Source of the DNA: a bacterium
GTDB taxonomy: Bacteria > Patescibacteriota > Microgenomatia > Woykebacterales > RBG-16-39-9b
Assembly: GCA_030704665.1 (NCBI GenBank)
Contig: JAUYID010000009.1
Coordinates: 662,462 to 726,461 of the forward strand
Length of the DNA: 64,000 bases
Direction of reading: 5' to 3'
Shown here: piece by piece, positions 27,202 to 36,927 of the stretch
Numbering within the stretch: position 1 is the stretch's first letter
How the letters are laid out: each line of letters opens with the position of its first letter
The notes under the pieces: model-generated
What the model saw: only the letters and a program-made list of their open reading frames with translations
Databases searched by the model: none
Told to the model about the DNA's origin: nothing
Made by a program: the position numbers and the translations under genes

Positions 27202-28632
27202 TTACTCCTTTTTCAGAGCCAACCTTGAGCTGGCCAATAGGAAACCGTAAAGAAACCAAGTGTGCGGATAGTAGAGAGTTGAGTTTGTCAGGTTCTGGAA
27301 ACTCACCGCCAAGACTGCCGTCAAACTGCCCAAAACAACAAGTCTCATTTGCCAATCTTTACTTTGAAAGAGACTTAACAAAGCGCTGACAATGAGTGCG
27401 ATGTTAAACCAAAGGAAGGCCCAAAAGCCAAAAACCCCGGTTTCGGCAAGAATCTGTAAATAAACATTGTGGGCTTGGACACGATCTCGTTTAGCTTCGG
27501 GAAGTTTGTAATCGTGATAGCGAAGCATGAAATTTTCCAAACCAACTCCGGTCAGCCAATTGGCTTTGACCATTTTAATACCGGCTTGCCAAATCTGCAG
27601 CCGTTCGGTGTTGGTTGTTGCTTCTGGATCAACACTTGAACTGATTCGCCTTTCCAAATCACTGACGTGGCTTCTGCCTCGCAAACCCCCAAACTGCAAC
27701 GGCCCTATCGCAACCAACAAAACCACCAACATCACTAGACTAGTGAGCCCCACTACAGCAAATTTTGATAGCAAAGCCACAAGGTTAAAGCGCAAGATTA
27801 CAGTCCCAAAAATGAAGATCAACAAAGCTCCCAACAAAGCAATCCAAGCAGCCCGAGAGAAAGTAATAGCCAAGGCTGATATCCCCGCCCCAACTAGGAA
27901 AATTCTCCACCAATTTTCTCTGGTCTTGTCTACCAAAACGGACAACCCAATTGGAAGTGAAACCAAAAGAAAATTCGCCAGAAAATTAGTGTGGTCAAAA
28001 ATCCCTTTGGGGCGGGCAAAAGTTCCTGGATTTAGAATGTTGACCTTGGTATAAAAATCAATGTCCAAATAAAAAGCGACGAACTGATAAATTGCCACTA
28101 CCGTAGTCACTAGTGTTCCAAGCAAAAGAGCTAGAATAGTTTTTAAAACTCGGGACGAATCAGCAACTAGAGCGAAGACGATTCCAAAAACTGTTAAGTC
28201 ATAAACGAGATTGGCAAAAAAACGCAGTGACCGAGTTTGATCGAGAGCAAAATAAACTGATAACAAAGCAAAGGCGAGAAAAACCACCAACGGTAGACTG
28301 AAGGCTCTTGGTGGCAGAGTCGGTAGGCGTCTTTCTTTGACATGATTGTAGAGTAAAAGCAAAAAGGTAATTAGGAAAACGACCATGTGGATCTTGAGAG
28401 AAAAGCCAACGGAAATGTAGATTTGATCGAAGGAAAGACTAAAAACCGCTAGATAAAAAGCCAAGAGATAGTTCTTGAAATAAAAAAAACTGACTAGCAA
28501 GAAAACGGCAAGAGTAAGGAAAGCGAGGTTGAGCTTCAAGATTGCTGCCAGAACCAGCAAAAGATAAATAAGGATTGGTCCAAAAATTCTCGGCTCTTTA
28601 ATTTTTTGGATGAGCAGCTGCAAATTCTTCAT
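27202..28632 (-). CDS. O-antigen polymerase/ligase-family (Wzy-like) polytopic membrane protein
   Basis: 476 aa with more than 10 TM helices and a large periplasmic loop. It sits inside the glycan cluster. Confidence 0.5.
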   Translation of the reverse strand: MKNLQLLIQKIKEPRIFGPILIYLLLVLAAILKLNLAFLTLAVFLLVSFFYFKNYLLAFYLAVFSLSFDQIYISVGFSLKIHMVVFLITFLLLLYNHVKERRLPTLPPRAFSLPLVVFLAFALLSVYFALDQTRSLRFFANLVYDLTVFGIVFALVADSSRVLKTILALLLGTLVTTVVAIYQFVAFYLDIDFYTKVNILNPGTFARPKGIFDHTNFLANFLLVSLPIGLSVLVDKTRENWWRIFLVGAGISALAITFSRAAWIALLGALLIFIFGTVILRFNLVALLSKFAVVGLTSLVMLVVLLVAIGPLQFGGLRGRSHVSDLERRISSSVDPEATTNTERLQIWQAGIKMVKANWLTGVGLENFMLRYHDYKLPEAKRDRVQAHNVYLQILAETGVFGFWAFLWFNIALIVSALLSLFQSKDWQMRLVVLGSLTAVLAVSFQNLTNSTLYYPHTWFLYGFLLASSRLALKKE

Positions 28633-29800
28633 AGGCTCGAATATCCTCCAAGGCTAATTTTTCAAAATCAAAATACTGGCGGGCTTTTTGTGTCTTTTTC
28701 TTCAAACTCAGGTAAAGTTCTTTATCGGTGATGATTTTTGCTAGCTTTTCTTCCAAGTCATTACCATCATCAGCTTTGAAAGTCAGTCCGTTTTCAAAGG
28801 CAACGAGATGATCTACAAAATTGTTCTTTGGCAGAAGTACGGGTAGGAAGCAACCGATAGCGTTGGAGATGCCAACAGTCGGTCGTTTGGGCCAAACAGC
28901 CAGGTCACCAGCAGAATAGTACTGATAAAGATCGCTTTCTTTGACGAATCCAGCGAAATGTACTTGCTTGCTCAAACCAAGTCTTTGAGTCAAAGCCTCC
29001 AGATCAGCTTTGTAGTCTCCCTCACCGACAACCAACACTTTGGCTTGTCCGCTTTTGATCAGATCAGCACCTGCTTTTAATACTACCTCAAAACCTTTAT
29101 CCGCTGCTAGTCTGCCAACCAAAAGGATCAGAAATTCTTTTGTGTTAACTGCAAAGCGCTTTCTGATTTCCTCTCGAGCTTTTTGAGAAAAAAAGAAAAC
29201 TTTGGGATCAAAACCAATGGGAACCAATTTAAGCTTGCTCTCCGGAACCTGCAGATTGTTTTGCAAATACTCTTTGGTGCCGTTGTTGGGACAAAAGATC
29301 ACGTCCGCCTTCTTGTAATAATAGGAATTGGCATATTTTTGAAACAGAAAATAACGAAGAAAACCGGCAACTGATTTGTAAGGCTTATTCGACTCTGGTT
29401 GGATCTGATCGTCCCCAATCAGAAAGTAACCCAGCTCGTCTTTGTATCTGGCCCCGAGAAGAGTCAAACCCTGATTGGGCGCGTAAGTGTGGACAATATC
29501 CGGTTTGATTTTCGCCAAAGCTTCTTTAACTCCGAAAGCAAAGATACTTTCCTTGATTTCAACCCTGGCCGCGAGACGGTGAATCTTGATTCCCTCGAAA
29601 ACGCTCTCCCCTGCCTGCCTTTTTCTGCTCGCCGGCAGATCTAAACGCTTCGCCATAACTTGATAATCAGGAAAAGGGAAAAATTTGTTGGAAGTAATGA
29701 CGTGAACCTCGTGCCCGGCTCGAACTTGGTTGAGAGCGATGTAATATTCTTTGTATCCCAACTCTGGTTGGAAATAGCCGATAAGATGAACGATTTTCAT
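28598..29800 (-). CDS. Glycosyltransferase, GT4 family
   Basis: 400 aa. GT-B C-terminal domain (VGEGDYKADLE..., AGDLAVWPK). Confidence 0.65.
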   Translation of the reverse strand: MKIVHLIGYFQPELGYKEYYIALNQVRAGHEVHVITSNKFFPFPDYQVMAKRLDLPASRKRQAGESVFEGIKIHRLAARVEIKESIFAFGVKEALAKIKPDIVHTYAPNQGLTLLGARYKDELGYFLIGDDQIQPESNKPYKSVAGFLRYFLFQKYANSYYYKKADVIFCPNNGTKEYLQNNLQVPESKLKLVPIGFDPKVFFFSQKAREEIRKRFAVNTKEFLILLVGRLAADKGFEVVLKAGADLIKSGQAKVLVVGEGDYKADLEALTQRLGLSKQVHFAGFVKESDLYQYYSAGDLAVWPKRPTVGISNAIGCFLPVLLPKNNFVDHLVAFENGLTFKADDGNDLEEKLAKIITDKELYLSLKKKTQKARQYFDFEKLALEDIRAYEEFAAAHPKN

Positions 29801-30870
29801 GGTCTAGCTTCTTCCAAAAATTCCTTTATCTTCTCAACAAGAAGACCACTAGCATTTCCAGCACCAAAACTAGTTTTCTGCCCGCCTCGGGATTGAAAAT
29901 TTCTAATCGCCTCAACTATTTTTTCTTTGTCAGACCCCACCAAGAGGTTCCAACCATCCTCGATAGTCTCCACCCACTCGGTTTCTTCTCGCAAAGTAAT
30001 GCAAGGAATTTTGAGAAAATAGGCTTCTTTTTGCACTCCGCCTGAATCAGTCAGAATTTTTTTGGCGTTAGCTTCAAGTTTTAACAAATCAAGATAACCA
30101 AGAGGTTCAATCGCCAGTACATTTTCGGGAATTTTTGTTTCTGAATCTTCAAGAGCCTTTTTTGTGCGTGGATGCAAAGGCAGAACAATTTTTTCCCCAC
30201 TCTGAAGAAAACCTTCAAGAATATTTTGTAAATTTTTAATCGAATCAGTGTTTTCAGCCCGGTGGATTGTTGCTAGTAAGTAATTTTTTTCTTCTAAAGC
30301 CAACTTTTCAAGAATTGTGGAATTTCTTTCTGCTAAATCTTTGTAGTTAATGATACTGTCAAACATAACATCACCAACTTTCCAAACTCCTTTTGTGATG
30401 CCTTCCTTTTTTAGGTTTTCTACTGCCGTCTCCGTCGGGCAAAAAAGTAGCGCTGAAAGGTGATCAGTCAGAACTCGATTGATCTCTTCAGCCATAGATC
30501 GGTTGAAACTACGCAAACCAGCTTCCACGTGGGCAACTGGATAGTGAAGCTTGGCGGCTGCAAGACCACCTGCCAAGGTTGAGTTTGTGTCTCCATAAAC
30601 CAGGACCAGATCTGGATGCTCTTTGACAAGCACTTCTTCTAGACGGACGAGCATTTCTCCAGTTTGTTTGCCTTGGCTTAAGGATCCAACGCCCAATTTA
30701 TAGTCAGGCTCCGGAATCTCCAACTCCTCAAAAAAAGCCTCTGACATATTTGGATCGTAATGTTGCCCGGTGTGGATTAAAACTTCCTGAAACTTTTTTC
30801 GTAATTCTTTTGAAACAACCGCTGCTTTGATAAATTGCGGTCGAGCTCCGACGACACTTACTATTTTCAT
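29797..30870 (-). CDS. UDP-N-acetylglucosamine (or UDP-2,3-diacetamido-glucuronate) 2-epimerase, WecB/WbpI family
   Basis: 357 aa. MKIVSVVGARPQFIKAA, HVEAGLRSFNR and the GDTNSTLAG motifs of non-hydrolysing 2-epimerases. Confidence 0.8.
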   Translation of the reverse strand: MKIVSVVGARPQFIKAAVVSKELRKKFQEVLIHTGQHYDPNMSEAFFEELEIPEPDYKLGVGSLSQGKQTGEMLVRLEEVLVKEHPDLVLVYGDTNSTLAGGLAAAKLHYPVAHVEAGLRSFNRSMAEEINRVLTDHLSALLFCPTETAVENLKKEGITKGVWKVGDVMFDSIINYKDLAERNSTILEKLALEEKNYLLATIHRAENTDSIKNLQNILEGFLQSGEKIVLPLHPRTKKALEDSETKIPENVLAIEPLGYLDLLKLEANAKKILTDSGGVQKEAYFLKIPCITLREETEWVETIEDGWNLLVGSDKEKIVEAIRNFQSRGGQKTSFGAGNASGLLVEKIKEFLEEARP

Positions 30871-32030
30871 ATTGTTAAACGCTTGTAAATAGCGAACAGT
30901 TTTTTTTCTTCAAGCTGCCAATTATACCTTCCCTCAGCTGCCTTTAGGGCATTGTTTTTCATTTTTTCATAAACACCTACCTCATTCAAAACTTGGTTGA
31001 TTTTACTCGCAATCTCTTTGGGGTTCTCTGGGTCAAAGACAACACCAATCTCTTCTTCCTCCACCAACTTTTTCATTTCCTTCATATTGCTGACCGCAAC
31101 CGGAAGTCCTGCAACTAAGTATTCAAAAAGTTTATTTGGAGTTGCCAAGTATTGATTTAAATTTGTTTTTAACATAGGAACAACCCCAAGATCAGCTGAA
31201 CTTGTATAATCCAACAACTGCTCGAGTGGCACTGATTCTAAAAAAACAATTTTCTTTTCAATACCAAGATTCCTCGCCAATTTTTCTAGTTGCGTTTTGA
31301 TTGGTCCCCCACCCATCAAAACTAGACCAAAGTTTTCCGGCCAGTAGACAACTGACTCAAGAAGCTGCCTTAAACCTCGCAGCCAACCAAAGGCTCCTTG
31401 ATACAAAACTACTTTTGTTCCTGGTCCAAAAAGGTCTTTAAACTTGTCCCTACTGGTCACCACGCCACTTCTGGGAGGAACATTGAGCAAAGTTTCAACT
31501 GCTTTAATCTTGTAACGCTTTTTCAATTCTTCCTTGATTGACTCATTGACCGTGATGACCAAATCAACTTTTCCAATAAGCTTTCTTTCAGAAAGACCCA
31601 TAATCAAAAACTTCAGTTTTAACAATAGATATTTGAACAAATTCATGTTTTTTCTATCCAAGGTTTCTAAGTAAAGCTCATGAGAATCATAAACCACTTT
31701 GGAGTTATTAGCTTTTGCTGCTAAATAACACAGAGGTAAAACAGGAAGGTCGTGGGCATGATAAACATCTGCTTTCTCTGCTTTTAATTCTTTCAGCGCC
31801 TTTTGCAAAGAAAAAACAAATCTCCAAGGTTTATAGATAGAGAAACAATCATAATTTGCCGAGGCTCTTTTAACTAAGAATTTGTTAACCTTCTCCTCAC
31901 TTGAATTTTTGACTGTTTTCTGAGCGTAAACTACTACTTCATAACCTGCTTTCGCTAAAGAAGCGGCCTCTTTGTTGACTCGGCTGTCATGATCCAAAGA
32001 ATTGTCAACGACCATACAAATTTTCTTCAT
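30867..32030 (-). CDS. Glycosyltransferase, GT4 family
   Basis: 387 aa, GT-B fold. Confidence 0.65.
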   Translation of the reverse strand: MKKICMVVDNSLDHDSRVNKEAASLAKAGYEVVVYAQKTVKNSSEEKVNKFLVKRASANYDCFSIYKPWRFVFSLQKALKELKAEKADVYHAHDLPVLPLCYLAAKANNSKVVYDSHELYLETLDRKNMNLFKYLLLKLKFLIMGLSERKLIGKVDLVITVNESIKEELKKRYKIKAVETLLNVPPRSGVVTSRDKFKDLFGPGTKVVLYQGAFGWLRGLRQLLESVVYWPENFGLVLMGGGPIKTQLEKLARNLGIEKKIVFLESVPLEQLLDYTSSADLGVVPMLKTNLNQYLATPNKLFEYLVAGLPVAVSNMKEMKKLVEEEEIGVVFDPENPKEIASKINQVLNEVGVYEKMKNNALKAAEGRYNWQLEEKKLFAIYKRLTI

Positions 32031-33079
32031 AGCACACTTTCATAAACTTCTTGATATTGCTTCGCCACAACTTTTGCATCATGATACTTCTGAACAAATT
32101 CGTAGCCTTTCTTTCCCAAAGCCTTCAGTTCCTCTTTTTCGGAAATTGCTTTTTTCAAGATTTCTTTTAGAGTGTCTTTACTTGCGTTAATGATTGGAAT
32201 TTCGTCCCCAAAAGGGACTAGGTCCTTGTACTCGTCCTCTAAATAACAAACTACCGGTTTTTCTAGGGCCATAGCTTCAACAGAAAAACCACCATACCAA
32301 CCAATCAAAAGTTGGTCGACAACGATATCAGAGCGGTTGATCTGTTCAAAAAGTTCTTCTTTTTGCACTTTTTCTACAAGAGTTAACTCTATCTCCATGC
32401 CTTCTTTTTTTAACTCCTCTACAGCACCCGTAACAAACTTAGTGCCTTTTATTTCCTGTTTTGTTGGAGCGTGCAAAATTGTGAAAGCTTTTTTCTCGTT
32501 ATTTTGTTTTTTAAACGCGTGAATTTCTTCTATATTTCTCGAGTAAGGAATTATGTGTGCCGACTTATTAGCCTGACTAGCCAACCAAGGACCAGCAAGG
32601 ACGATCGCGTCTGCATTGTCGATCAAAAATCCGTTTCTCTTCTTTTCATTTTCAAAAAATGTAGCTCCTTTCTTATGGAAGAAAGAGTAGTAAGGGCTTT
32701 CTTTTCCATCAGTTTCGACAGATTTTTTTACATCATAAAGCTCTGAGCCACGAAAATCGTAAATAACTTTTTTGCCTAAAAGTTTGAAGAAGAAATGGTC
32801 AAATCGATACTGGAAAAAGGTCCTTCCGTAGAAAAAATGAAAAATATCGTATTTAAAAAGTGAGGAAATTAATAGGTAGAGACCTTGAAGTTTTTGCAAA
32901 AGTTTGTTTGAAAACGGTCTGAGGGTTACATCACAAGGGGTGTTGACCCACCTTCCGGAAAAGCCAAAAAAATCAATCCTAAAGCCTTCTTTCCTTAGAA
33001 TCCTAGTGAAACTGTAGATTCCTTCCGAACCAGCGTTGTTGAAACCAACAAAAATCTTCTTTTTTTTCAGATCAGGCAT
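32027..33079 (-). CDS. Putative glycosyltransferase (divergent GT-B)
   Basis: 350 aa with a GT4-like C-terminal half (DIVVDQLLIGWYGGFSVEAMALEKPVV). Confidence 0.45.
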   Translation of the reverse strand: MPDLKKKKIFVGFNNAGSEGIYSFTRILRKEGFRIDFFGFSGRWVNTPCDVTLRPFSNKLLQKLQGLYLLISSLFKYDIFHFFYGRTFFQYRFDHFFFKLLGKKVIYDFRGSELYDVKKSVETDGKESPYYSFFHKKGATFFENEKKRNGFLIDNADAIVLAGPWLASQANKSAHIIPYSRNIEEIHAFKKQNNEKKAFTILHAPTKQEIKGTKFVTGAVEELKKEGMEIELTLVEKVQKEELFEQINRSDIVVDQLLIGWYGGFSVEAMALEKPVVCYLEDEYKDLVPFGDEIPIINASKDTLKEILKKAISEKEELKALGKKGYEFVQKYHDAKVVAKQYQEVYESVL

Positions 33080-34064
33080 TTTTGTTTTTAAGCTTGGTTA
33101 TATAATCTTTCATCTCTTTGATCGTTTCCTTGAGCCGAACGGAAAAATCAGTGGAAAATTCCATTCCCAACTTCTTTATTTTTGTGTTGTCGACCTCAAA
33201 GTTTTTGATGTCACCAATAGTCCAATCTTTGTAGTCTATCTGTGATTCATCTCTGCCAAAAGTCTCCAAAACTGCTTTGGCAAGCTCCCCGACAGTAACT
33301 TTGACACCAGAAGCGCAGTTATAAACTTTTCCAATACTACCATCATTTACCGCCACCAAAAGGTTTGCTCTGACAACATCCTTTACATAGGTGAAAGAAC
33401 GCTGCTGACTTCCATCTCCAAAGATAATCAGCGGTTTGTTTTCCATCATATTTCTGATAAAAATCGCCACTACTCCTCCAAAATCATTAAACTCTTGCCT
33501 AGAACCAAAAACATGAAAGTAGCGAAGCACCGTAGTATTGAGACCAAAGAGCTTGTGAAAAAGTATCGCGTATCTTTCCCCTGCCAATTTGCTAACTCCA
33601 TAGGTAGAAACTGGGCTCAGGGGATGACTCTCATCCTGAGGGAAAACAACAGGCTCACCGTAAACAGAACCAGTTGAAGCGTGAACAAATCTTTTTACTC
33701 CGGTGTCTCTTGAAAGCTCAAGTAAGTTAAAGGTTCCCTTGGCGTTTACTTCTAAATCCCTTCTTGGGTCTTTCAAAGAAACCGTTTTTTTCGAAGCTGC
33801 GTTGTGAAAAACAATATCAACTCCTGAAAAATGTTTTTTTAGGTCGTCAAAATCAGTGATGTCAGCTTTAACCCCTAGGAAATTTGGAAACTTTTTTAAG
33901 TCTTGAATATTTTCTTCTTTTCCAGCTACATAGCTATCCAAAGAAACGACCTCAATTCCGGTTTTGACCAACTCTTCACAGATATGTGAGCCGATAAAGC
34001 CGGCTCCACCAGTGACAAGCGCTTTTTTGTATTTTCTAGCAACTTCCTTGTTCAAATCCATCAT
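33072..34064 (-). CDS. NAD-dependent nucleotide-sugar epimerase/dehydratase (extended SDR)
   Basis: 330 aa. ALVTGGAGFIGSH Rossmann motif and a YxxxK region. Confidence 0.7.
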   Translation of the reverse strand: MMDLNKEVARKYKKALVTGGAGFIGSHICEELVKTGIEVVSLDSYVAGKEENIQDLKKFPNFLGVKADITDFDDLKKHFSGVDIVFHNAASKKTVSLKDPRRDLEVNAKGTFNLLELSRDTGVKRFVHASTGSVYGEPVVFPQDESHPLSPVSTYGVSKLAGERYAILFHKLFGLNTTVLRYFHVFGSRQEFNDFGGVVAIFIRNMMENKPLIIFGDGSQQRSFTYVKDVVRANLLVAVNDGSIGKVYNCASGVKVTVGELAKAVLETFGRDESQIDYKDWTIGDIKNFEVDNTKIKKLGMEFSTDFSVRLKETIKEMKDYITKLKNKNA

Positions 34065-34573
34065 TTCTCCTGACTAAATCTTTTTTTAATAAGCAGTGCC
34101 GGAACTCCTGCATAAACACCGTTTTTTTCCAAATCTTTAGTGACTACCGCTCCAGCTCCGATCACAACTCCAGATCCTACTTTCACTCCAGGAGTTATAA
34201 CTACATTGGCTCCAACCCAAACGTTATCTCCAATTTCAACTGGAAGTTTTTGCAAAACTCCCTCTCTGATTTTTACCTCTTTATCATCAAAAGGGTGAGT
34301 TGAAGAAAATATCTTTGTTCCAGTCGCGATAGAAACGTCATTACCAATTTTCACACCACCAAAGCCGGAGATGACACAAAACTCATGGATCGAAACATTG
34401 TTACCAATTTCGATTTCTTCCGGCTCCATGATAAAAACCGCCGTGCCGATCGAAACTGGGCGCCCCATTTTTTTCAGCAGCTTGCGATAACAAAACCTTC
34501 TCAACCGAAGAAAACTAGTTCCTTCCAAATATCTTATCAAGGTGACCAGTTTTCTCGCAATTAAAGTTTTCAT
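34061..34573 (-). CDS. Hexapeptide-repeat acetyltransferase
   Basis: 170 aa of left-handed beta-helix repeats (IGNNVSIH..., IGDNVWVGANVVI). Confidence 0.65.
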   Translation of the reverse strand: MKTLIARKLVTLIRYLEGTSFLRLRRFCYRKLLKKMGRPVSIGTAVFIMEPEEIEIGNNVSIHEFCVISGFGGVKIGNDVSIATGTKIFSSTHPFDDKEVKIREGVLQKLPVEIGDNVWVGANVVITPGVKVGSGVVIGAGAVVTKDLEKNGVYAGVPALLIKKRFSQEK

Positions 34574-36072
34574 GGCCTTGATCTAAATTTGTTAAGAGAA
34601 TTTGCAAGAATCTTGTTTACATAGCCGCTAAGCAGTTGCCTATCTAAATGACTCAGAGCGTTTAGTTTTATTATCAACAAAAGATAGACCAGAGAATAAA
34701 CAGTTCCTGCCAAAAACATTTTAACCAAGACCTCCAAATTTAGATACAAAATAAGGCTGATCGGCAAAGCTGAGAGAATCGAGATTGAGAGTATTTTCAA
34801 CACAACCGTCCAAGGAAAAACGTCTGCCAAGGAAATCTTCACGTAGCGTTTAATCACTATTACATAGTAAAAAACGTTGATAAAGGTTGAGATTACAGTC
34901 GCGACCGCTGGACCGGCCAAACCTAGAGTGAAAACCAAAACTGGATTCAAAATTGCGTTAATAACAAAAAAGACTATTGAGCCCTTTAAGTTTTCTCTAG
35001 TTTTTCCAATTGCCTGAAGTACTATACCGTAGCTAGCTACTCTGATCAAAAGTAAAAGCAGGTAAATTCTGAAATAAGGAACACTACTGGCGAATTTTTC
35101 TGAATAAAGAAGCGTAATTATCTCGTGGGAAAAAATCATGGCGATGACAAAAACGGGCAAGATAATCAAACTAATTTTTCTGATTGAGTTGTGCCAAACC
35201 TCTACCAATCTCTTTGTATTTCCTTCTGAATAGGCTTTGGCCATTTCCGGTAAAACGACTTGGTTTACCGAAGATCGTATTAAACTCACAAAAGGTATTT
35301 CGGTCGCTCCAACCACGTAAACAGCATAAAGTTCTGGGGGGAAGTTGATTGAAACTACAAGTTTATCGAACTCCCAAGCGATCAGACCAATGATTGAAGT
35401 CACCCCCAGTGGGATACCGTAAGCCAGTTGCTCTTTATAGTTTGAAAGATCAAAACTAAGGATCTTTTCCAAAGCAACCATTCTTTTGGTATAAATGATT
35501 CCAAAAAACGGGAAAATCAAACTCACCAATGACAAAGCCAAGAAGATTATTTGTAAATTACCTCCAAACAAAAAGGCCAAAGTCACCGTTGGAATAAAGA
35601 AAAGAGTACTTCTGACTATTGGGTAAATCAAAAGCAAATTTAGCTTGTTGTACATGATCAATAAAGGTTGGAAAAATTGCTCCACGACCGTGGCAAAAGC
35701 ATAAACGCTAAAAATCATCAGGGGGATCATCAGTTTGGGGTTGTGCATGACTCTCGGAGCCCAAAAAGCTGAAACAAAAATAAAGACGGTTAACAAAATG
35801 GCCGTAAAAATCAGCAAGGAAATAGACCGGCTGATAAACTGCTTTTTTAGTTCCAAATCCCTGATACGGGGAAGAAAATAAAATAGACCAGCAGGAATAC
35901 CAACAGTAAAGATTGGAGTAAAAATTTGATAGACTAAAAAGACTTGTTTATAAGTTCCAAAATCGGTTCTTGACAAAAGTCTAGCTAGTACAACACCGGT
36001 CAAAACAGTCAAAACCTGGGCGGCGCCACTTCCGAAGGCAATCAATATAGCTTTTGAAGTAAGCGTTGTCAT
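34570..36072 (-). CDS. Polysaccharide flippase (Wzx / MOP superfamily)
   Basis: 500 aa with about 14 TM helices. N-terminus is typical of polysaccharide biosynthesis protein (Wzx) family members. Confidence 0.65.
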   Translation of the reverse strand: MTTLTSKAILIAFGSGAAQVLTVLTGVVLARLLSRTDFGTYKQVFLVYQIFTPIFTVGIPAGLFYFLPRIRDLELKKQFISRSISLLIFTAILLTVFIFVSAFWAPRVMHNPKLMIPLMIFSVYAFATVVEQFFQPLLIMYNKLNLLLIYPIVRSTLFFIPTVTLAFLFGGNLQIIFLALSLVSLIFPFFGIIYTKRMVALEKILSFDLSNYKEQLAYGIPLGVTSIIGLIAWEFDKLVVSINFPPELYAVYVVGATEIPFVSLIRSSVNQVVLPEMAKAYSEGNTKRLVEVWHNSIRKISLIILPVFVIAMIFSHEIITLLYSEKFASSVPYFRIYLLLLLIRVASYGIVLQAIGKTRENLKGSIVFFVINAILNPVLVFTLGLAGPAVATVISTFINVFYYVIVIKRYVKISLADVFPWTVVLKILSISILSALPISLILYLNLEVLVKMFLAGTVYSLVYLLLIIKLNALSHLDRQLLSGYVNKILANSLNKFRSRP

Positions 36073-36075
36073 GAT

Positions 36076-36927
36076 CTAGGCCACAAACCGTTTCAGCCCT
36101 TCCTCAATACCAATTTTGGGCTTAATAAGTAATTTCTCCATGAGAGCGGTGTCCACTATTTGATTACCTTTGTTTTTGTCCTCAATATACTCAAATTCAG
36201 GTTTTTTTCCAGTGATTTTGACCAAACTCTCTACGATTTCTTTTGGTGTTTTTGTCTCCGGTCCGCCGAGATTGATAGTGTGGCTACCCCCCAGTTCCAG
36301 ACTTTTTTTGGTTGCTTCAACTAAATCGTCTATATAAATAGGATTAGCTTTGGGGTTTTCCCCACCATTGAAAAATTCCACTTTTCTTCCCGGCTCCATG
36401 TTGTTGAGAAGATGAAAAACTAAACCGTGGCGCATTCCGGCTCCGTAAGGATCGTTGTAGCGAAAAATCAAAGTTTCAAAATGGTTTGAATAAAAGCTAA
36501 CAAGTTCTTCAGCGGCAACCTTACTTTCCGCATAAAGATTTTGTGGATTGAGCCGCTCACTTTCCTTGGCCAAGTCTTGCTTTGGACCGTAAACCGCTAC
36601 TGAGGAAGCAAAAGCAAATTTTTTTAACCCAACATCTTTCCCGTACTCTAACAATTTTCTTGTCCCTTCAACGTTTATTTTTAAAAGCTCGGCTGGATTG
36701 GTTTGCTTACGTCCCACCAGAGCAGCTTGGTGAATGATGATATCCAAACTCTTGGGGAGTTTTTCTCTGTCCAGCTCTTCTGCCAGATCGTGTTCGAGGA
36801 AGTTTTCTCCTAACCCAAACTCTTTCCTGTGGACCAAAAGATAAAGTTCGTGATCGGCCAAAGCCTTGGCTAGACTACTGCCAACAAATCCTGAAGCTCC
36901 TGTAATTAAAATCTTTAGCTTTTTCAT
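36076..36927 (-). CDS. NAD(P)-dependent sugar epimerase/reductase (SDR)
   Basis: 283 aa. ILITGASGFVGS Rossmann motif. Confidence 0.65.
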   Translation of the reverse strand: MKKLKILITGASGFVGSSLAKALADHELYLLVHRKEFGLGENFLEHDLAEELDREKLPKSLDIIIHQAALVGRKQTNPAELLKINVEGTRKLLEYGKDVGLKKFAFASSVAVYGPKQDLAKESERLNPQNLYAESKVAAEELVSFYSNHFETLIFRYNDPYGAGMRHGLVFHLLNNMEPGRKVEFFNGGENPKANPIYIDDLVEATKKSLELGGSHTINLGGPETKTPKEIVESLVKITGKKPEFEYIEDKNKGNQIVDTALMEKLLIKPKIGIEEGLKRFVA